Shown here one piece after another: positions 9,018 to 18,210 of a stretch of DNA of 64,000 nt. Position 1 is the first letter of the stretch; each line of letters opens with the position of its first letter. Under the pieces are notes generated by a model. The model had not been told where the DNA came from and did no database searches. It was given only the letters and a program-made list of their open reading frames with translations. The position numbers were made by a program, and so were the translations under genes. Source of the stretch: Candidatus Doudnabacteria bacterium (GTDB taxonomy: Bacteria; Patescibacteriota; Doudnabacteria; UBA920; 2-01-FULL-46-14); the NCBI GenBank assembly GCA_041497195.1, contig JBGQGB010000002.1, positions 108,140 to 172,139 of the forward strand. Direction: 5' to 3'.

Positions 9018-9437
9018 TTGGTTATTCTAGAAATTGAGGATGTAAAAAATATTTGTTATGAGATTGCAAAGGCTCATTTTACTTTCAATGAGCCTTTTCC
9101 GTCTTTTGAATCACGTTATCCAAACAAATTAGAATCTGCTCTTGAAGCTCCAAGAAGGTCGTTCGAGAATAAATTGTTGTATCCTAATATTTGGGAGCAA
9201 GCGGCCGTGCTTTTTTACGAAATTGCCAAGGGCCAGCATCCATTCGTAAATGGGAATAAAAGAATGGCTTGTATTGTAATGCTCACTTTTCTCGCTATTA
9301 ACAACAGGTGGTTACGTTTGACATGGGAGCAATTATACACCATTGCTTATAAGGCAGCCGATTCTCCTGCGAAAGAGAGTGCACTTCAAATTAAAGTTCT
9401 GCAAAGCTATATTAAGCATTATTTAATTGATTTTTGA
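9018..9437 (+). CDS. doc: Doc (death-on-curing) family toxin, Fic fold
   Basis: Diagnostic Doc motif HPFVNGNKRMA (HxFx[DN]GNKR). TTG start 2 nt after the upstream small ORF. Confidence 0.75.
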   Translation: MVILEIEDVKNICYEIAKAHFTFNEPFPSFESRYPNKLESALEAPRRSFENKLLYPNIWEQAAVLFYEIAKGQHPFVNGNKRMACIVMLTFLAINNRWLRLTWEQLYTIAYKAADSPAKESALQIKVLQSYIKHYLIDF

Positions 9438-9447
9438 GCAAGATGTC

Positions 9448-10015
9448 GTGACCAAATTCATTCTCCATGGCGGGGCGACGAGACTGCCCTTGCCTGGCAA
9501 TAAACAATTTTTCGCGGAAATAGTAAAGGGTCTTGCACAACCAGTCAAAGTTTTTGCTGGTTTATTTTGCCCGTGAGCCAGCTACTTGGCAGGAGGCATT
9601 TACTGATGACCAGGGCAATTTTGCCGCTGCTGCTCCAGGCCTGAAGATAGAGTTTGTCGTGGCTGATCCTGATCCTGCGAAATTTGCAGAGCAAGCAAAA
9701 TGGGCGGATGTGATTTACGTCCGCGGCGGCAAGACCGTGATGCTCAAAGATGTTTTGAAGAATATTCCTGATTTCAAGGGATTGATTGAGAGAAAGATTT
9801 ACGCTGGCTCGTCAGCAGGAGCAACTGTCCTGGCAAAGCATTATTATTCGACAACTGATGATGTGATCAGAGAGGGCCTCGGAATACTTCCCATCAAAGT
9901 GATGCCCCACTATAATGAGTCAAAGCAGGACAAGCTCGAAGAATTGAAAGGAACCGGTCAAGATTTGCCAATTTACACTATCCGCGAGGGAGAGTATAAA
10001 ATCATAGAAAAATAA
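9448..10015 (+). pseudogene. Peptidase S51 (dipeptidase E / cyanophycinase-like) interrupted by a +1/-1 frameshift near 9555-9575
   Basis: The N-terminal KFILHGGATRLPLPGNKQFFAEIVKGLAQPVKVF reads in one frame and stops at TGA 9574. The rest (…VIYVRGGKTVML…IYAGSSAGATVL, GxSAG nucleophile motif) continues in another frame from 9533. A T-rich run (GTTTTTGCTGGTTTATTTT) is at the junction. Confidence 0.5.
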
Positions 10016-10018
10016 CTA

Positions 10019-10849
10019 ATGAGCCGCGAATCCAGAGGTTACAATCCGGAAGAAGAGCAGGTTGGCCCAAAAGAATTTACGCCAAAACGTTTGATGGTGG
10101 CAATGCAGGCGTGGAAAAAAGGAGCGACTAGAGACGTCCAAATTTACGGCAGGGAAAATTTGCAGGAGTTGCCGCGGGAGCGAAAAATAGTGGTTGCAAC
10201 CAGTCATGGAACTGATCTTGATATCCCGTTGACTGTCTACGCCCTTGGCAAGGATCTGGATTTGGCTATCATAAACGAGTCCGTCCATCATGATTTTTTT
10301 GCAGAGCCACCGACCAATTTCGGCATGCGGCTGGCTGGCAAGGAAAATTTCATCCCGATTGACTACAAAGGCCGGGGGGCGCACAAAACGCCCCGAGCTT
10401 TCAATCCGGAAAATTTTGCTCCCATGGCAGAGGCATTGGAGAAGGGTAAGCGTGTGGTGATAGCCGCGCACAATCCCTTGCACAAAGGAGAAACAGAGCC
10501 GAAAGGTCCGGGCTATGGCGCCGCGTATTTGGCGGAGACAAGCGGGGCTGTTATCCTTCCCGTTGCAGTGAGAAAAAAATCTGCAGAAGTCTCGGCTCTC
10601 TATGAGGACGCGTTGAAAAATTTGATGCGCAGGCCTGATATGGACGTCATCATTGGCGCTCCTTTTGAGCTGCCGAAAATCCCGGGCATTGAGGAGATGC
10701 ATGTCATCATGGCCAAGCGGGCGGCAGGCGAGAAACTGGAGCCGCAGGAGCGGCAGCGCTTTTCCGACTTAACAGATCAGCTCAAGCAGCAGGCGCAAAC
10801 CGTTTTGGATAAAGTCTTGGCACTGGGCCAGGAAGGAGAAAACAAATGA
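10019..10849 (+). CDS. Lysophospholipid acyltransferase (PlsC/LPLAT)-like protein
   Basis: HxxxxD-like motif (SHGTDLD) and VILPVAV. Weak family-level call. Confidence 0.4.
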   Translation: MSRESRGYNPEEEQVGPKEFTPKRLMVAMQAWKKGATRDVQIYGRENLQELPRERKIVVATSHGTDLDIPLTVYALGKDLDLAIINESVHHDFFAEPPTNFGMRLAGKENFIPIDYKGRGAHKTPRAFNPENFAPMAEALEKGKRVVIAAHNPLHKGETEPKGPGYGAAYLAETSGAVILPVAVRKKSAEVSALYEDALKNLMRRPDMDVIIGAPFELPKIPGIEEMHVIMAKRAAGEKLEPQERQRFSDLTDQLKQQAQTVLDKVLALGQEGENK

Positions 10850-11781
10850 AAGCAGCGAGATTAGTCAAATACGGCGGGGATGACGCGGTCGAGATTCAGG
10901 AGGTAGACAAACCAGTCGTGGGGCCAGGCAAAGTCCTGGTCGAAGTGTATGCAGCCGGGGTCAATCCTTTTGATTTGACCGTAAAATCCGGCTCGGCGCG
11001 GTCTTACCTCAAGCTCGTTTTGCCGACCACGATCGGGCTTGATTTTTCGGGGGTAATAGCAGAGGTCGGCGAGGGCGTGGGCAATTACAAAGTCGGGGAT
11101 CAGGTTTTCGGCGGGGCCGGAATTTTTTCCGGAGGGTCTTTTGCAGAGTTTACGCTGGCGGATAAGGACGCGATCGCCGCAAAGCCCAAAAATTTGAGCC
11201 ATGTCGAGGCCGGTAGCCTGCCGCTCGCCGGGTCGGCTGCCTGGCAGGCAATGGTCGAACATGTCGGTCTTAGAAGCGGCAAGAAAATCCTCATCCACGG
11301 AGGGGCCGGAGGCATCGGCAGTCTTGCTATCCAGATCGCCAAGCATCTCGGTGCGTATGTCGCGACCACGGTCAGCGCGGAAGATATGGAGTATGTCAAA
11401 GCTCTTGGGGCAGACGAGCCGATTGATTACAAGAGCCAGAAGTTCGAAGACCTGATTCACGACTATGATGCGGTTTTCGATACCGTCGCAGGGGAGACGT
11501 ACAAGCGCTCCTACCAGGTCCTCAAAAAAGGCGGCATCATCGTGTCGATGATCGAGAAGCCGGATGAGGAGCTTATGAAAAAATACGGGGTCCAGGCCAT
11601 CGCACAGAAAACCAAAAGCAATTCCGCGCACCTCGAAGCAGTGGCCAAGCTGGTGGAGGAGGGCGTTCTCAAATCCCAGGTCGACAAAGTATTTCCGCTA
11701 TCAGAGACAGCCGCAGCGCTGGCGTATCTGGAAAAAAGCCATACCAGAGGCAAAGTCGTGATCAAGGTCAAAGAAGGCTAA
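10846..11781 (+). CDS. NADPH:quinone oxidoreductase / zinc-type medium-chain dehydrogenase family
   Basis: GVNPFD, an ILIHGGAGGIGSLAIQIAK Rossmann motif, and an MDR-like domain order. Confidence 0.75.
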   Translation: MKAARLVKYGGDDAVEIQEVDKPVVGPGKVLVEVYAAGVNPFDLTVKSGSARSYLKLVLPTTIGLDFSGVIAEVGEGVGNYKVGDQVFGGAGIFSGGSFAEFTLADKDAIAAKPKNLSHVEAGSLPLAGSAAWQAMVEHVGLRSGKKILIHGGAGGIGSLAIQIAKHLGAYVATTVSAEDMEYVKALGADEPIDYKSQKFEDLIHDYDAVFDTVAGETYKRSYQVLKKGGIIVSMIEKPDEELMKKYGVQAIAQKTKSNSAHLEAVAKLVEEGVLKSQVDKVFPLSETAAALAYLEKSHTRGKVVIKVKEG

Positions 11782-11811
11782 AGTTTGAGCTGGTTCGGGA
11801 TTTTTAAGCAG

Positions 11812-11842
11812 CAGCCCTTTCCGGGCGAGGCTGTTTTTTTTG
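11812..11842 (+). terminator. Putative rho-independent terminator
   Basis: CAGCC...GGCTG stem followed by T8. Confidence 0.45.
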
Positions 11843-11938
11843 CGCTCACTGCCTTGACGCGTCAGCCCAGTTATGGTATCTTTTGCTGTTACTGATTTTT
11901 GTTTGTCGGCAATATTTCTAGCCCAAAAGGAGGGCAAA

Positions 11939-12796
11939 ATGAATTGGAAGAGTTGTTTTTTGTTGTTTGTTGCAGCAGTTTCTTTGCTTTGTCCTGGCAC
12001 TACTGTGGCGCGGAGCAAACCTTCGGCAGGTAAGGATTCGAGATCCTCGACACCTGTCAGATACGTGATTGACGAAGGCGGCGGCGTTCTCATCATTTCA
12101 CTTAACGTTCCAGTATCGTTTGCTGGTACAAGGGCAATCGAATTCACTGAATCAGGTCGGTTAGACCGGACAGATTCTATGGTCGATTTGACCGGTTATG
12201 ACCTCCTAGAGACTGACCTAGGCCGTAAGTTGTCCAAGATCCGTGGCATCCGCAGTCTGTACATGTCCCTGTATCATATTACGATTGTGATCGAAGTCAG
12301 TCGCCCGGCTGACTGGTACTTTGTCAGGTCGAAAGTCTTGCAAATTCTCCTGAACTCTCTCCGGGTCCACGGATACAAGAATATCGCCCAGATTGAACCC
12401 GGCGATGACCTCGTACCATGCTCAAAAAAAGCCCCGAGAGGTTTTGTAGAAGGCGACGGCAACTCGTCTCACGAGCAGCTCGTGTGGATCGAGTGCACTA
12501 CGCTGCCCAGTCAAATGTTAATCCATACCAATTTCAATCTCCTGGATTCGGACAGGGAGCGAGTCGAAATCCACTTTAATGAGATTTATCGCGGAGGGGA
12601 TTGGTCGCGCGACGATCTGGTACATCTGGGTCGGATCCGTGGGATTGAGTGGGTTAGAGTCAGGGAAAAGGAAATAGAATTCACCAAGGGAGACGCATTT
12701 TCCTGGAGCGATGTTGGGGTTTGCGTTATAGAGGTTTTTCGGGCGCTATTTCCCAAAAGCCGCTTGGTCACAGAAGTCCCTGATTCGGCAAACTAA
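11939..12796 (+). CDS. Hypothetical secreted protein (signal peptide)
   Basis: Strong RBS AAGGAGGG 5 nt before ATG 11939. N-terminal MNWKSCFLLFVAAVSLLCPGTTVA signal-like sequence. No recognisable domain. Flanked by terminators. Confidence 0.5.
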   Translation: MNWKSCFLLFVAAVSLLCPGTTVARSKPSAGKDSRSSTPVRYVIDEGGGVLIISLNVPVSFAGTRAIEFTESGRLDRTDSMVDLTGYDLLETDLGRKLSKIRGIRSLYMSLYHITIVIEVSRPADWYFVRSKVLQILLNSLRVHGYKNIAQIEPGDDLVPCSKKAPRGFVEGDGNSSHEQLVWIECTTLPSQMLIHTNFNLLDSDRERVEIHFNEIYRGGDWSRDDLVHLGRIRGIEWVRVREKEIEFTKGDAFSWSDVGVCVIEVFRALFPKSRLVTEVPDSAN

Positions 12797-12818
12797 ACAT
12801 CAAGAGCCAGTTTTCGAA

Positions 12819-12853
12819 AGTGCAGAGGAGACGCTCTCTTCTGCACTTTTTTG
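12819..12853 (+). terminator. Rho-independent terminator
   Basis: AGTGCAGAGGAG-ACGC-TCTCTTCTGCACT stem plus TTTTTTG. Confidence 0.7.
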
Positions 12854-12910
12854 TTTGCAAAAATCGCTTATGATGCTAATATAGAGTCGTATAATTTTAG
12901 AGGGAATGAC

Positions 12911-13396
12911 ATGGAAACTGCACAGCCAAAAAAGCTCTATCGTTCGCGGACAGACCGGGTGATTGCCGGCGTGTGTGGCGGCTTGGGCGAGTATTTTGAG
13001 ATAGACCCGATTATTTTTCGCGGGGTTTTTATTTTGCTATGTTTGCCCGGGGGCTTCGGATTTTTATTTTATCTATTGCTGACAGTCATCGTGCCGCGGA
13101 GCCCTGGCGACGTGGTCGTCGAAGGGAGCCGGAAAGAGGAGTTCCGAGGCATGGCGTATGGCATGAAGGATCATTTGAATGATTTGGCGCACAAGATCAG
13201 GGAAAGTGACAATTGGTTTTCAGGTCGGCGGAACGTGGTCGGCTTGATCATCGTCATTGTCGGGCTGTTTTTGTTCGTTCAGCAGATATTTCCCTTCCGG
13301 TGGTTTCACTGGAATTTTTTCTGGCCTGTACTTTTGATAGTTTTCGGCGTGCTCATTTTGACTAAACACGAAAGGCACAATCATGGAAACCACTGA
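12911..13396 (+). CDS. PspC-domain membrane protein (envelope stress)
   Basis: KKLYRSRTDRVIAGVCGGLGEYFEIDPIIFRGVFILL is the PspC-domain signature. Extra TM helices follow. Confidence 0.7.
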   Translation: METAQPKKLYRSRTDRVIAGVCGGLGEYFEIDPIIFRGVFILLCLPGGFGFLFYLLLTVIVPRSPGDVVVEGSRKEEFRGMAYGMKDHLNDLAHKIRESDNWFSGRRNVVGLIIVIVGLFLFVQQIFPFRWFHWNFFWPVLLIVFGVLILTKHERHNHGNH

Positions 13397-14393
13397 GGGG
13401 CCAATGATGCCACCAGAGAACCAGCAGGGCTTTCACCAAGAGAGTGGGCAGCCAAAAGAAACAGTCAAAGAAATCCACCATCACCATTATGATGACGGAC
13501 GTCCGCACGGATATTTTGGCCGGTTGTTTTGGGGACTGCTCATCATCTTCATCGGCTTGCTGTTTCTGGCGCAAAATAGCGGCTGGGTGGTAGGGATTGA
13601 CCTAGGCGCGCTTTTGGCCAAGATCTGGCCGCTGTTTATAGGTTTCCTCGGATTGTCTATCTTGAGCCGCGGCGGCTGGATTGGAGGCATTATCACTGGC
13701 CTCGGCACGCTTCTGGTCTTTGGGCTGTTATTTTTTGCCATCTTCGGGTCAACTCCTACCAGCAGCGAAGTCACCACCAAAACCTTTACTGTGCCGAAAG
13801 AAGCCGGAGTGCAGGGCAGCGAGGTAAGTATCAAGGCTGGAGCAGGCAAACTCACCATCCACGGCGGCGGTAGCGACGTCGTCTCCGGGAGTCTGCAAAC
13901 CAACTTTCTGGAAATGCATACTTTCAGCAACGTCGAGTCAGGCGTGCAAAAAGTCAGACTGGAGAGCGACAATACTTTTCATTTTTTCAGCCTCCGGAAC
14001 GTCAACAATCTGGATATGGCTGTCAATAACGATTTGCCGATCAAGCTTGATATCGACGCAGGCGCCTCGGATGTGCAAATAGATCTCTCGGACGTGCCAG
14101 TGCAGCTGCTGAATCTCAACAGCGGAGCGTCCAACATCAATATCTCCCTCGGCGACAAATTTGCCGCCTCCGCTGTGGTCATCCGCGCCGGGGCTAGTGC
14201 GCTCCATATCAAAGTGCCGAAAGACGTGGGCGCGCGTTTGTCCGTGGATACGGGCTTGTCTTCCAAGAATTTTACGGATTTCAAGCAAATAGACAGCCGC
14301 ACTTACGAATCAAACAATTATGCTACCGCGGCCAAGAAGATTGACATCACAATCGACGCGGGCGCCAGCAGTCTGAACGTGGATTGGAGATAG
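13383..14393 (+). CDS. LiaF-like / DUF4097-type membrane protein with a C-terminal beta-rich domain
   Basis: His-rich N-terminus, four or so TM helices, then a repetitive beta-strand domain (…DIDAGASDVQIDL…IDAGASSLNVDW) like the LiaF/DUF4097 putative-adhesin fold. Overlaps the PspC gene by 14 nt. Confidence 0.45.
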   Translation: METTEGPMMPPENQQGFHQESGQPKETVKEIHHHHYDDGRPHGYFGRLFWGLLIIFIGLLFLAQNSGWVVGIDLGALLAKIWPLFIGFLGLSILSRGGWIGGIITGLGTLLVFGLLFFAIFGSTPTSSEVTTKTFTVPKEAGVQGSEVSIKAGAGKLTIHGGGSDVVSGSLQTNFLEMHTFSNVESGVQKVRLESDNTFHFFSLRNVNNLDMAVNNDLPIKLDIDAGASDVQIDLSDVPVQLLNLNSGASNINISLGDKFAASAVVIRAGASALHIKVPKDVGARLSVDTGLSSKNFTDFKQIDSRTYESNNYATAAKKIDITIDAGASSLNVDWR

Positions 14394-14488
14394 TCGGGTT
14401 TTGATAGAAGCATCGTGAGATTGCCATGGCTGGGTTTGTTTTTTTGTGCTACTATTGTTTCAATAGGGAAGGGAGACAATCCCAAATA

Positions 14489-14512
14489 AAAGCTGGATGC
14501 AGCTGTTTTTTA
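14489..14512 (+). terminator. Short hairpin terminator
   Basis: AGCTG-GATG-CAGCT followed by GTTTTTT. Confidence 0.4.
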
Positions 14513-14525
14513 AATATTTTTTTTA

Positions 14526-15176
14526 ATGAGCGAAGCTATTCCGGGCACCGTAGATTTGCCAGTTGCCAAAAGAATATTCGACGTCGCAGTTAGCATTGTA
14601 CTTCTGATTTTGGCGTCACCTTTTATGCTCCTTATTATCTTTTCAATGGTTGTGGAGGGGATACTTGATTCAGCAGCCAGAGGCTCCTTGTTCTACTCGG
14701 AAATCAGGATTTCACAAGGGCACCCGTTCAATCTGTATAAATTTCGGATTTTCAAAATGTCCTCTCTCAAAGCAGCTTGGTATAGAGACCATTTTATCCA
14801 CACGAAGGCGCTCGAACAAGACTCTGCCAACCTCACTCGCGTGGGACGCATACTCAAACAGAGCTATATGGACGAACTGCCTCAGCTCTTCAATGTCCTG
14901 CTCGGGGATATGACACTGGTGGGCCCTCGACCGACTAATGCAGAGAACGCTAGTAAATGGCTCCAAGAGCGCAAATATTCCAAGCAGATTTTCAAAGCCG
15001 GCCTGCCCGGATATTTTCAGTCACACAAAGGGTTAAAGCTGAAACAAAACCAGGATGAGATAGATATGCAATATATAGAGTTTTGCCAGATAGCCTCAGG
15101 CTATGAGATTTTGTGGTATGATGTGAAAATACTTTTGCTCTCTTTGCTTACGGTTTTGCGCCGAGAGGGAGTCTAA
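14526..15176 (+). CDS. Polyprenyl-phosphate sugar-1-phosphate transferase (bacterial sugar transferase, WbaP/CpsE-like C-terminal domain)
   Basis: KRIFDVAVSIVLL…YKFRIFKM…TRVGRILKQSYMDELPQLFNVLLGDMTLVGPRP is the Bac_transf signature. Confidence 0.75.
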   Translation: MSEAIPGTVDLPVAKRIFDVAVSIVLLILASPFMLLIIFSMVVEGILDSAARGSLFYSEIRISQGHPFNLYKFRIFKMSSLKAAWYRDHFIHTKALEQDSANLTRVGRILKQSYMDELPQLFNVLLGDMTLVGPRPTNAENASKWLQERKYSKQIFKAGLPGYFQSHKGLKLKQNQDEIDMQYIEFCQIASGYEILWYDVKILLLSLLTVLRREGV

Positions 15177-15200
15177 TAAATTAAAAAGCGATTGGAATAA

Positions 15201-16013
15201 ATGTCGAAACAAGAAAACATTATTGAAGTCAAAAATTTAACAAAAAAATTCGGCGGTTTCAAAGCTGTCGACAATATCTCGTTTGAGGTCAAAACAGGAG
15301 AAATTTTTGCGTTTCTGGGTCCAAATGGGGCGGGCAAGTCGACAACCATAAAAATGCTGACCACACTTTTGCACCCGAGCGGGGGAAGCATTGAGCTGAA
15401 TGGCCATAACCCCGCCCAGGACCCGAGCGCGGTCCGTCGTTCTTTCGGGATTGTGTTTCAAGATCCAAGTTTGGATGATGAACTAACGGCTTGGGAGAAT
15501 ATGGAATTCCACGGCGTGCTCTATGGCGTGGCCAAACCATTGCGCCGGCAGCGCATTGACGAGCTGTTGAAGTTCGTCGAGCTGTCAGACCGCAAGGATA
15601 GTTTGGTCAAAGAATTTTCCGGGGGCATGAAACGAAGGCTGGAAATTGCCCGTGGGCTGCTCCACCACCCCAAAGTCCTGTTTCTGGACGAACCGACCCT
15701 CGGCCTTGACCCGCAGACCAGAAATCACATGTGGGCCTATCTGCAAGATCTGAACAAATCCGAAGGTATCACTGTATTTTTCACGACCCACTATATGGAG
15801 GAAGCAAGCCGTATTGCCCAGCGGATCGCCATTATTGACCACGGAAAAATTATTTCATCCGGCACTTCGAAGGAGCTGCAAGACCAAACCCAGACTGCTT
15901 CTTTGGAAGATGCGTTTTTAAAATTAACAGGCAATGTCATCCGCGATGAGGAAGCCAACGCCGTCGACCGTCTGCGCACGTTCCGGCAATTTCGAGGCGG
16001 AGGGCGGAGATAA
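15201..16013 (+). CDS. ABC transporter ATP-binding protein (ABC-2 type)
   Basis: Walker A GPNGAGKST, signature LSGGMKRRL, Walker B LLFLDEPT. Confidence 0.85.
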   Translation: MSKQENIIEVKNLTKKFGGFKAVDNISFEVKTGEIFAFLGPNGAGKSTTIKMLTTLLHPSGGSIELNGHNPAQDPSAVRRSFGIVFQDPSLDDELTAWENMEFHGVLYGVAKPLRRQRIDELLKFVELSDRKDSLVKEFSGGMKRRLEIARGLLHHPKVLFLDEPTLGLDPQTRNHMWAYLQDLNKSEGITVFFTTHYMEEASRIAQRIAIIDHGKIISSGTSKELQDQTQTASLEDAFLKLTGNVIRDEEANAVDRLRTFRQFRGGGRR

Positions 16014-16017
16014 ATTT

Positions 16018-16764
16018 ATGAAAACCATATACATCATGTGGCTGCGGGAACTCAAGCGGTATTTCCGCTCAAAGTCCCGGATTGTCGGCTCCCTTGGCCA
16101 GCCTCTCTTGTTTTTGCTTGCCCTAGGCTATGGCTTGGGCTCGGTATTTCAAAAAGCCGGCCAGGGCAATTATATTAATTTTTTAGCACCCGGGATCATC
16201 GGCATGACCATTATCTTCACTTCCATTTTTTCTGGAATCCAAATTATCTGGGATCGCCAGTTCGGTTTCTTAAAAGAAACGATGGTCGCCCCGGTATCTC
16301 GTTTTAACATCATGATCGGCCGAACGCTCGGCGGCGCCACTATTGCTACTTTTCAGGGGATCATTGTCTTTTTACTCGCCTTGATCCCGGGTTTCAGGCC
16401 GTATAATTGGGTGTTAGTTTTGCCGGCAATCTTGGTGATGCTGCTGGTGGGGTTGTTGTTTACCGCCCTGGGTACGGCGATTGCGTCTCAGCTCGAAGAT
16501 ATGCAGGGCTTTCAACTCATCATGAATTTTCTGGTGATGCCTTTGTTTTTTCTCTCCGGCGCGCTTTTCCCATTATCCGGATTGCCGAAGGTTCTCGGAG
16601 TTATCACGAATATTGACCCACTCTCGTACGGGATTGACGCGTTCCGGATATTGTTTGTAAATTTGGGCCATTTTAGTCTGGGCTTGGACATAGCAGTTCT
16701 CGCCGGGGTGACTTTGTTATTTCTTACCTTAGGCAGCTATCTGTTTTCCAAGATCCAGATTTAG
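16018..16764 (+). CDS. ABC-2 family transporter permease
   Basis: Six-TM protein directly after the ATPase. ATG at 16018 is 5 nt after the ATPase stop. The track's start at 15934 overlaps the ATPase. Confidence 0.7.
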   Translation: MKTIYIMWLRELKRYFRSKSRIVGSLGQPLLFLLALGYGLGSVFQKAGQGNYINFLAPGIIGMTIIFTSIFSGIQIIWDRQFGFLKETMVAPVSRFNIMIGRTLGGATIATFQGIIVFLLALIPGFRPYNWVLVLPAILVMLLVGLLFTALGTAIASQLEDMQGFQLIMNFLVMPLFFLSGALFPLSGLPKVLGVITNIDPLSYGIDAFRILFVNLGHFSLGLDIAVLAGVTLLFLTLGSYLFSKIQI

Positions 16765-16836
16765 TTCTCCTCTGTCAAGGCTTCGGAAGGGCAGGCCAAA
16801 AAAACCGGGAGGTTTTTCCCAAGATAACTTTAGAAA

Positions 16837-17061
16837 ATGCGGATTACGGTCGCGGTCAAAGCTAGTTCGAAACGGGAAGAGGTGCGGCAAACTTCCCCTT
16901 TTAGTTTTGTCGTGGCTGTTAGAGAAAGGCCGCGGGAGGGTCGTGCCAACCAGGCGGTGATCGCTGCTTTGGCTGAATATTTTCACGTCGCCCCTTCGGA
17001 AATCGAACTTGTACACGGCGCGAAGGGGCCGCGGAAAATATTTGAAATTCCTAGTGGGTAG
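16837..17061 (+). CDS. DUF167 (YggU/UPF0235) family protein
   Basis: V.V.A..K….REGRANQAVIAALAEYF.V..S.I.LV.G – the typical DUF167 pattern. Confidence 0.6.
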   Translation: MRITVAVKASSKREEVRQTSPFSFVVAVRERPREGRANQAVIAALAEYFHVAPSEIELVHGAKGPRKIFEIPSG

Positions 17062-17067
17062 CTATCC

Positions 17068-17493
17068 TTGCGGAAAATGCCATATAATGGCTCCATGGAC
17101 AAAATCGAATTTGAAAATTTGGTCAAAGACGCGATTGCGGACCTGCCAGCGTTTGTTCGAGAAAAAATGGATAACGTCGCTGTAGTCGTGGATGATGCAC
17201 CCAATCCAGAGCAAATGAGCAAAGGCCGAGTGCCTCATGGGCATTTGCTTCTGGGTTTGTATGAAGGAGTGCCGCGAACAAAACGGAATAGTGGTTATAC
17301 CATGGTGTTGCCGGACAAGATTACGATTTTTCAGAATTCGATCGAAGCCGTCGCGTCGACGCCGGAGCTGATGCGCGAGCGGGTCAAAAATACGGTGTGG
17401 CATGAAGTAGCCCATCATTTTGGTTTTGATGAAAATGCAGTGCGCGATCTTGACCGCCGCAGAAAGAGCCGCCCCGAAAGGTCAAGCCCATGA
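17068..17493 (+). CDS. Zincin-like metallopeptidase, DUF1025 family
   Basis: HExxH in VWHEVAHHFGFDE and size typical of PF06262. Start may be ATG 17077 or 17095. Confidence 0.55.
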   Translation: MRKMPYNGSMDKIEFENLVKDAIADLPAFVREKMDNVAVVVDDAPNPEQMSKGRVPHGHLLLGLYEGVPRTKRNSGYTMVLPDKITIFQNSIEAVASTPELMRERVKNTVWHEVAHHFGFDENAVRDLDRRRKSRPERSSP

Positions 17494-18200
17494 CTACCGA
17501 AGACCGAATCGCCATCGCCATTCCGACGTACAACGAAAAGGAAAATATCCGGAAACTCGCGGTCACGCTGGTGGACATGTATCCGAGTGCGCGACTTTTC
17601 ATCGTGGATGACAATTCGCCGGACGGGACCGCGGAAGTGGTCCAAGAGCTGGCCTACACGTATCCGGCCATCAGATTGATTTGGCGCGAGCACAAACAGG
17701 GCGCGGCTTCCGCTTGTCTCGACGCATTCGCCAGAATTTTGCCGGACGAAACTTTTGATTATATTGTCACTATGAATGGGGATTTATCCCATAACCCAGC
17801 AGATCTAAAAATCTTGTTCGCTGCAGCCGCGACAAACGACATCGTCATTGGTTCGCGCTATATTGACGGAGGTGGCATTGAGAACCAAAGCTGGTTACGA
17901 CGCGTTTTGAGCAAATGGGGACAAGGCTATGCGCGCGTCGTCACCGGGCTGCCGATTGAGGACCTGACAAGTGGTTACGTTATATATCACCGGGATATTC
18001 TCGGACGGATCTTGATGCAGCTTGTCAGGACCGAGGGATATGCTCATCAGATCGAAATGAAGTATCTCGGCCATAAGTTTGGTGCCCGCATCAAAGAACT
18101 TCCTATCACCTTCAGGGCGCACCATGAGGGAAGCAAAGCGGATTTTCGGATGCTGTGGGAGGGCCTGAAGATGCCGCTTTATTTGCGTTTGTTTGATTAA
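17490..18200 (+). CDS. Family 2 glycosyltransferase, polyprenol/dolichol-phosphate mannose (glucose) synthase-like
   Basis: IAIPTYNEKENI, FIVDDNSPDGT, DLSHNP, GSRY – GT2 Dpm1/GtrB-like motifs. Confidence 0.75.
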   Translation: MTTEDRIAIAIPTYNEKENIRKLAVTLVDMYPSARLFIVDDNSPDGTAEVVQELAYTYPAIRLIWREHKQGAASACLDAFARILPDETFDYIVTMNGDLSHNPADLKILFAAAATNDIVIGSRYIDGGGIENQSWLRRVLSKWGQGYARVVTGLPIEDLTSGYVIYHRDILGRILMQLVRTEGYAHQIEMKYLGHKFGARIKELPITFRAHHEGSKADFRMLWEGLKMPLYLRLFD

Positions 18201-18210
18201 ATCCGCTGTA

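Noticed and set aside
10016-10702. 228-aa minus-strand ORF
   Set aside because: Antisense to the acyltransferase-like gene. Cys/His/Arg-rich low-complexity translation with no family resemblance.
10861-11631. 256-aa minus-strand ORF
   Set aside because: Antisense to the well-supported quinone oxidoreductase gene.
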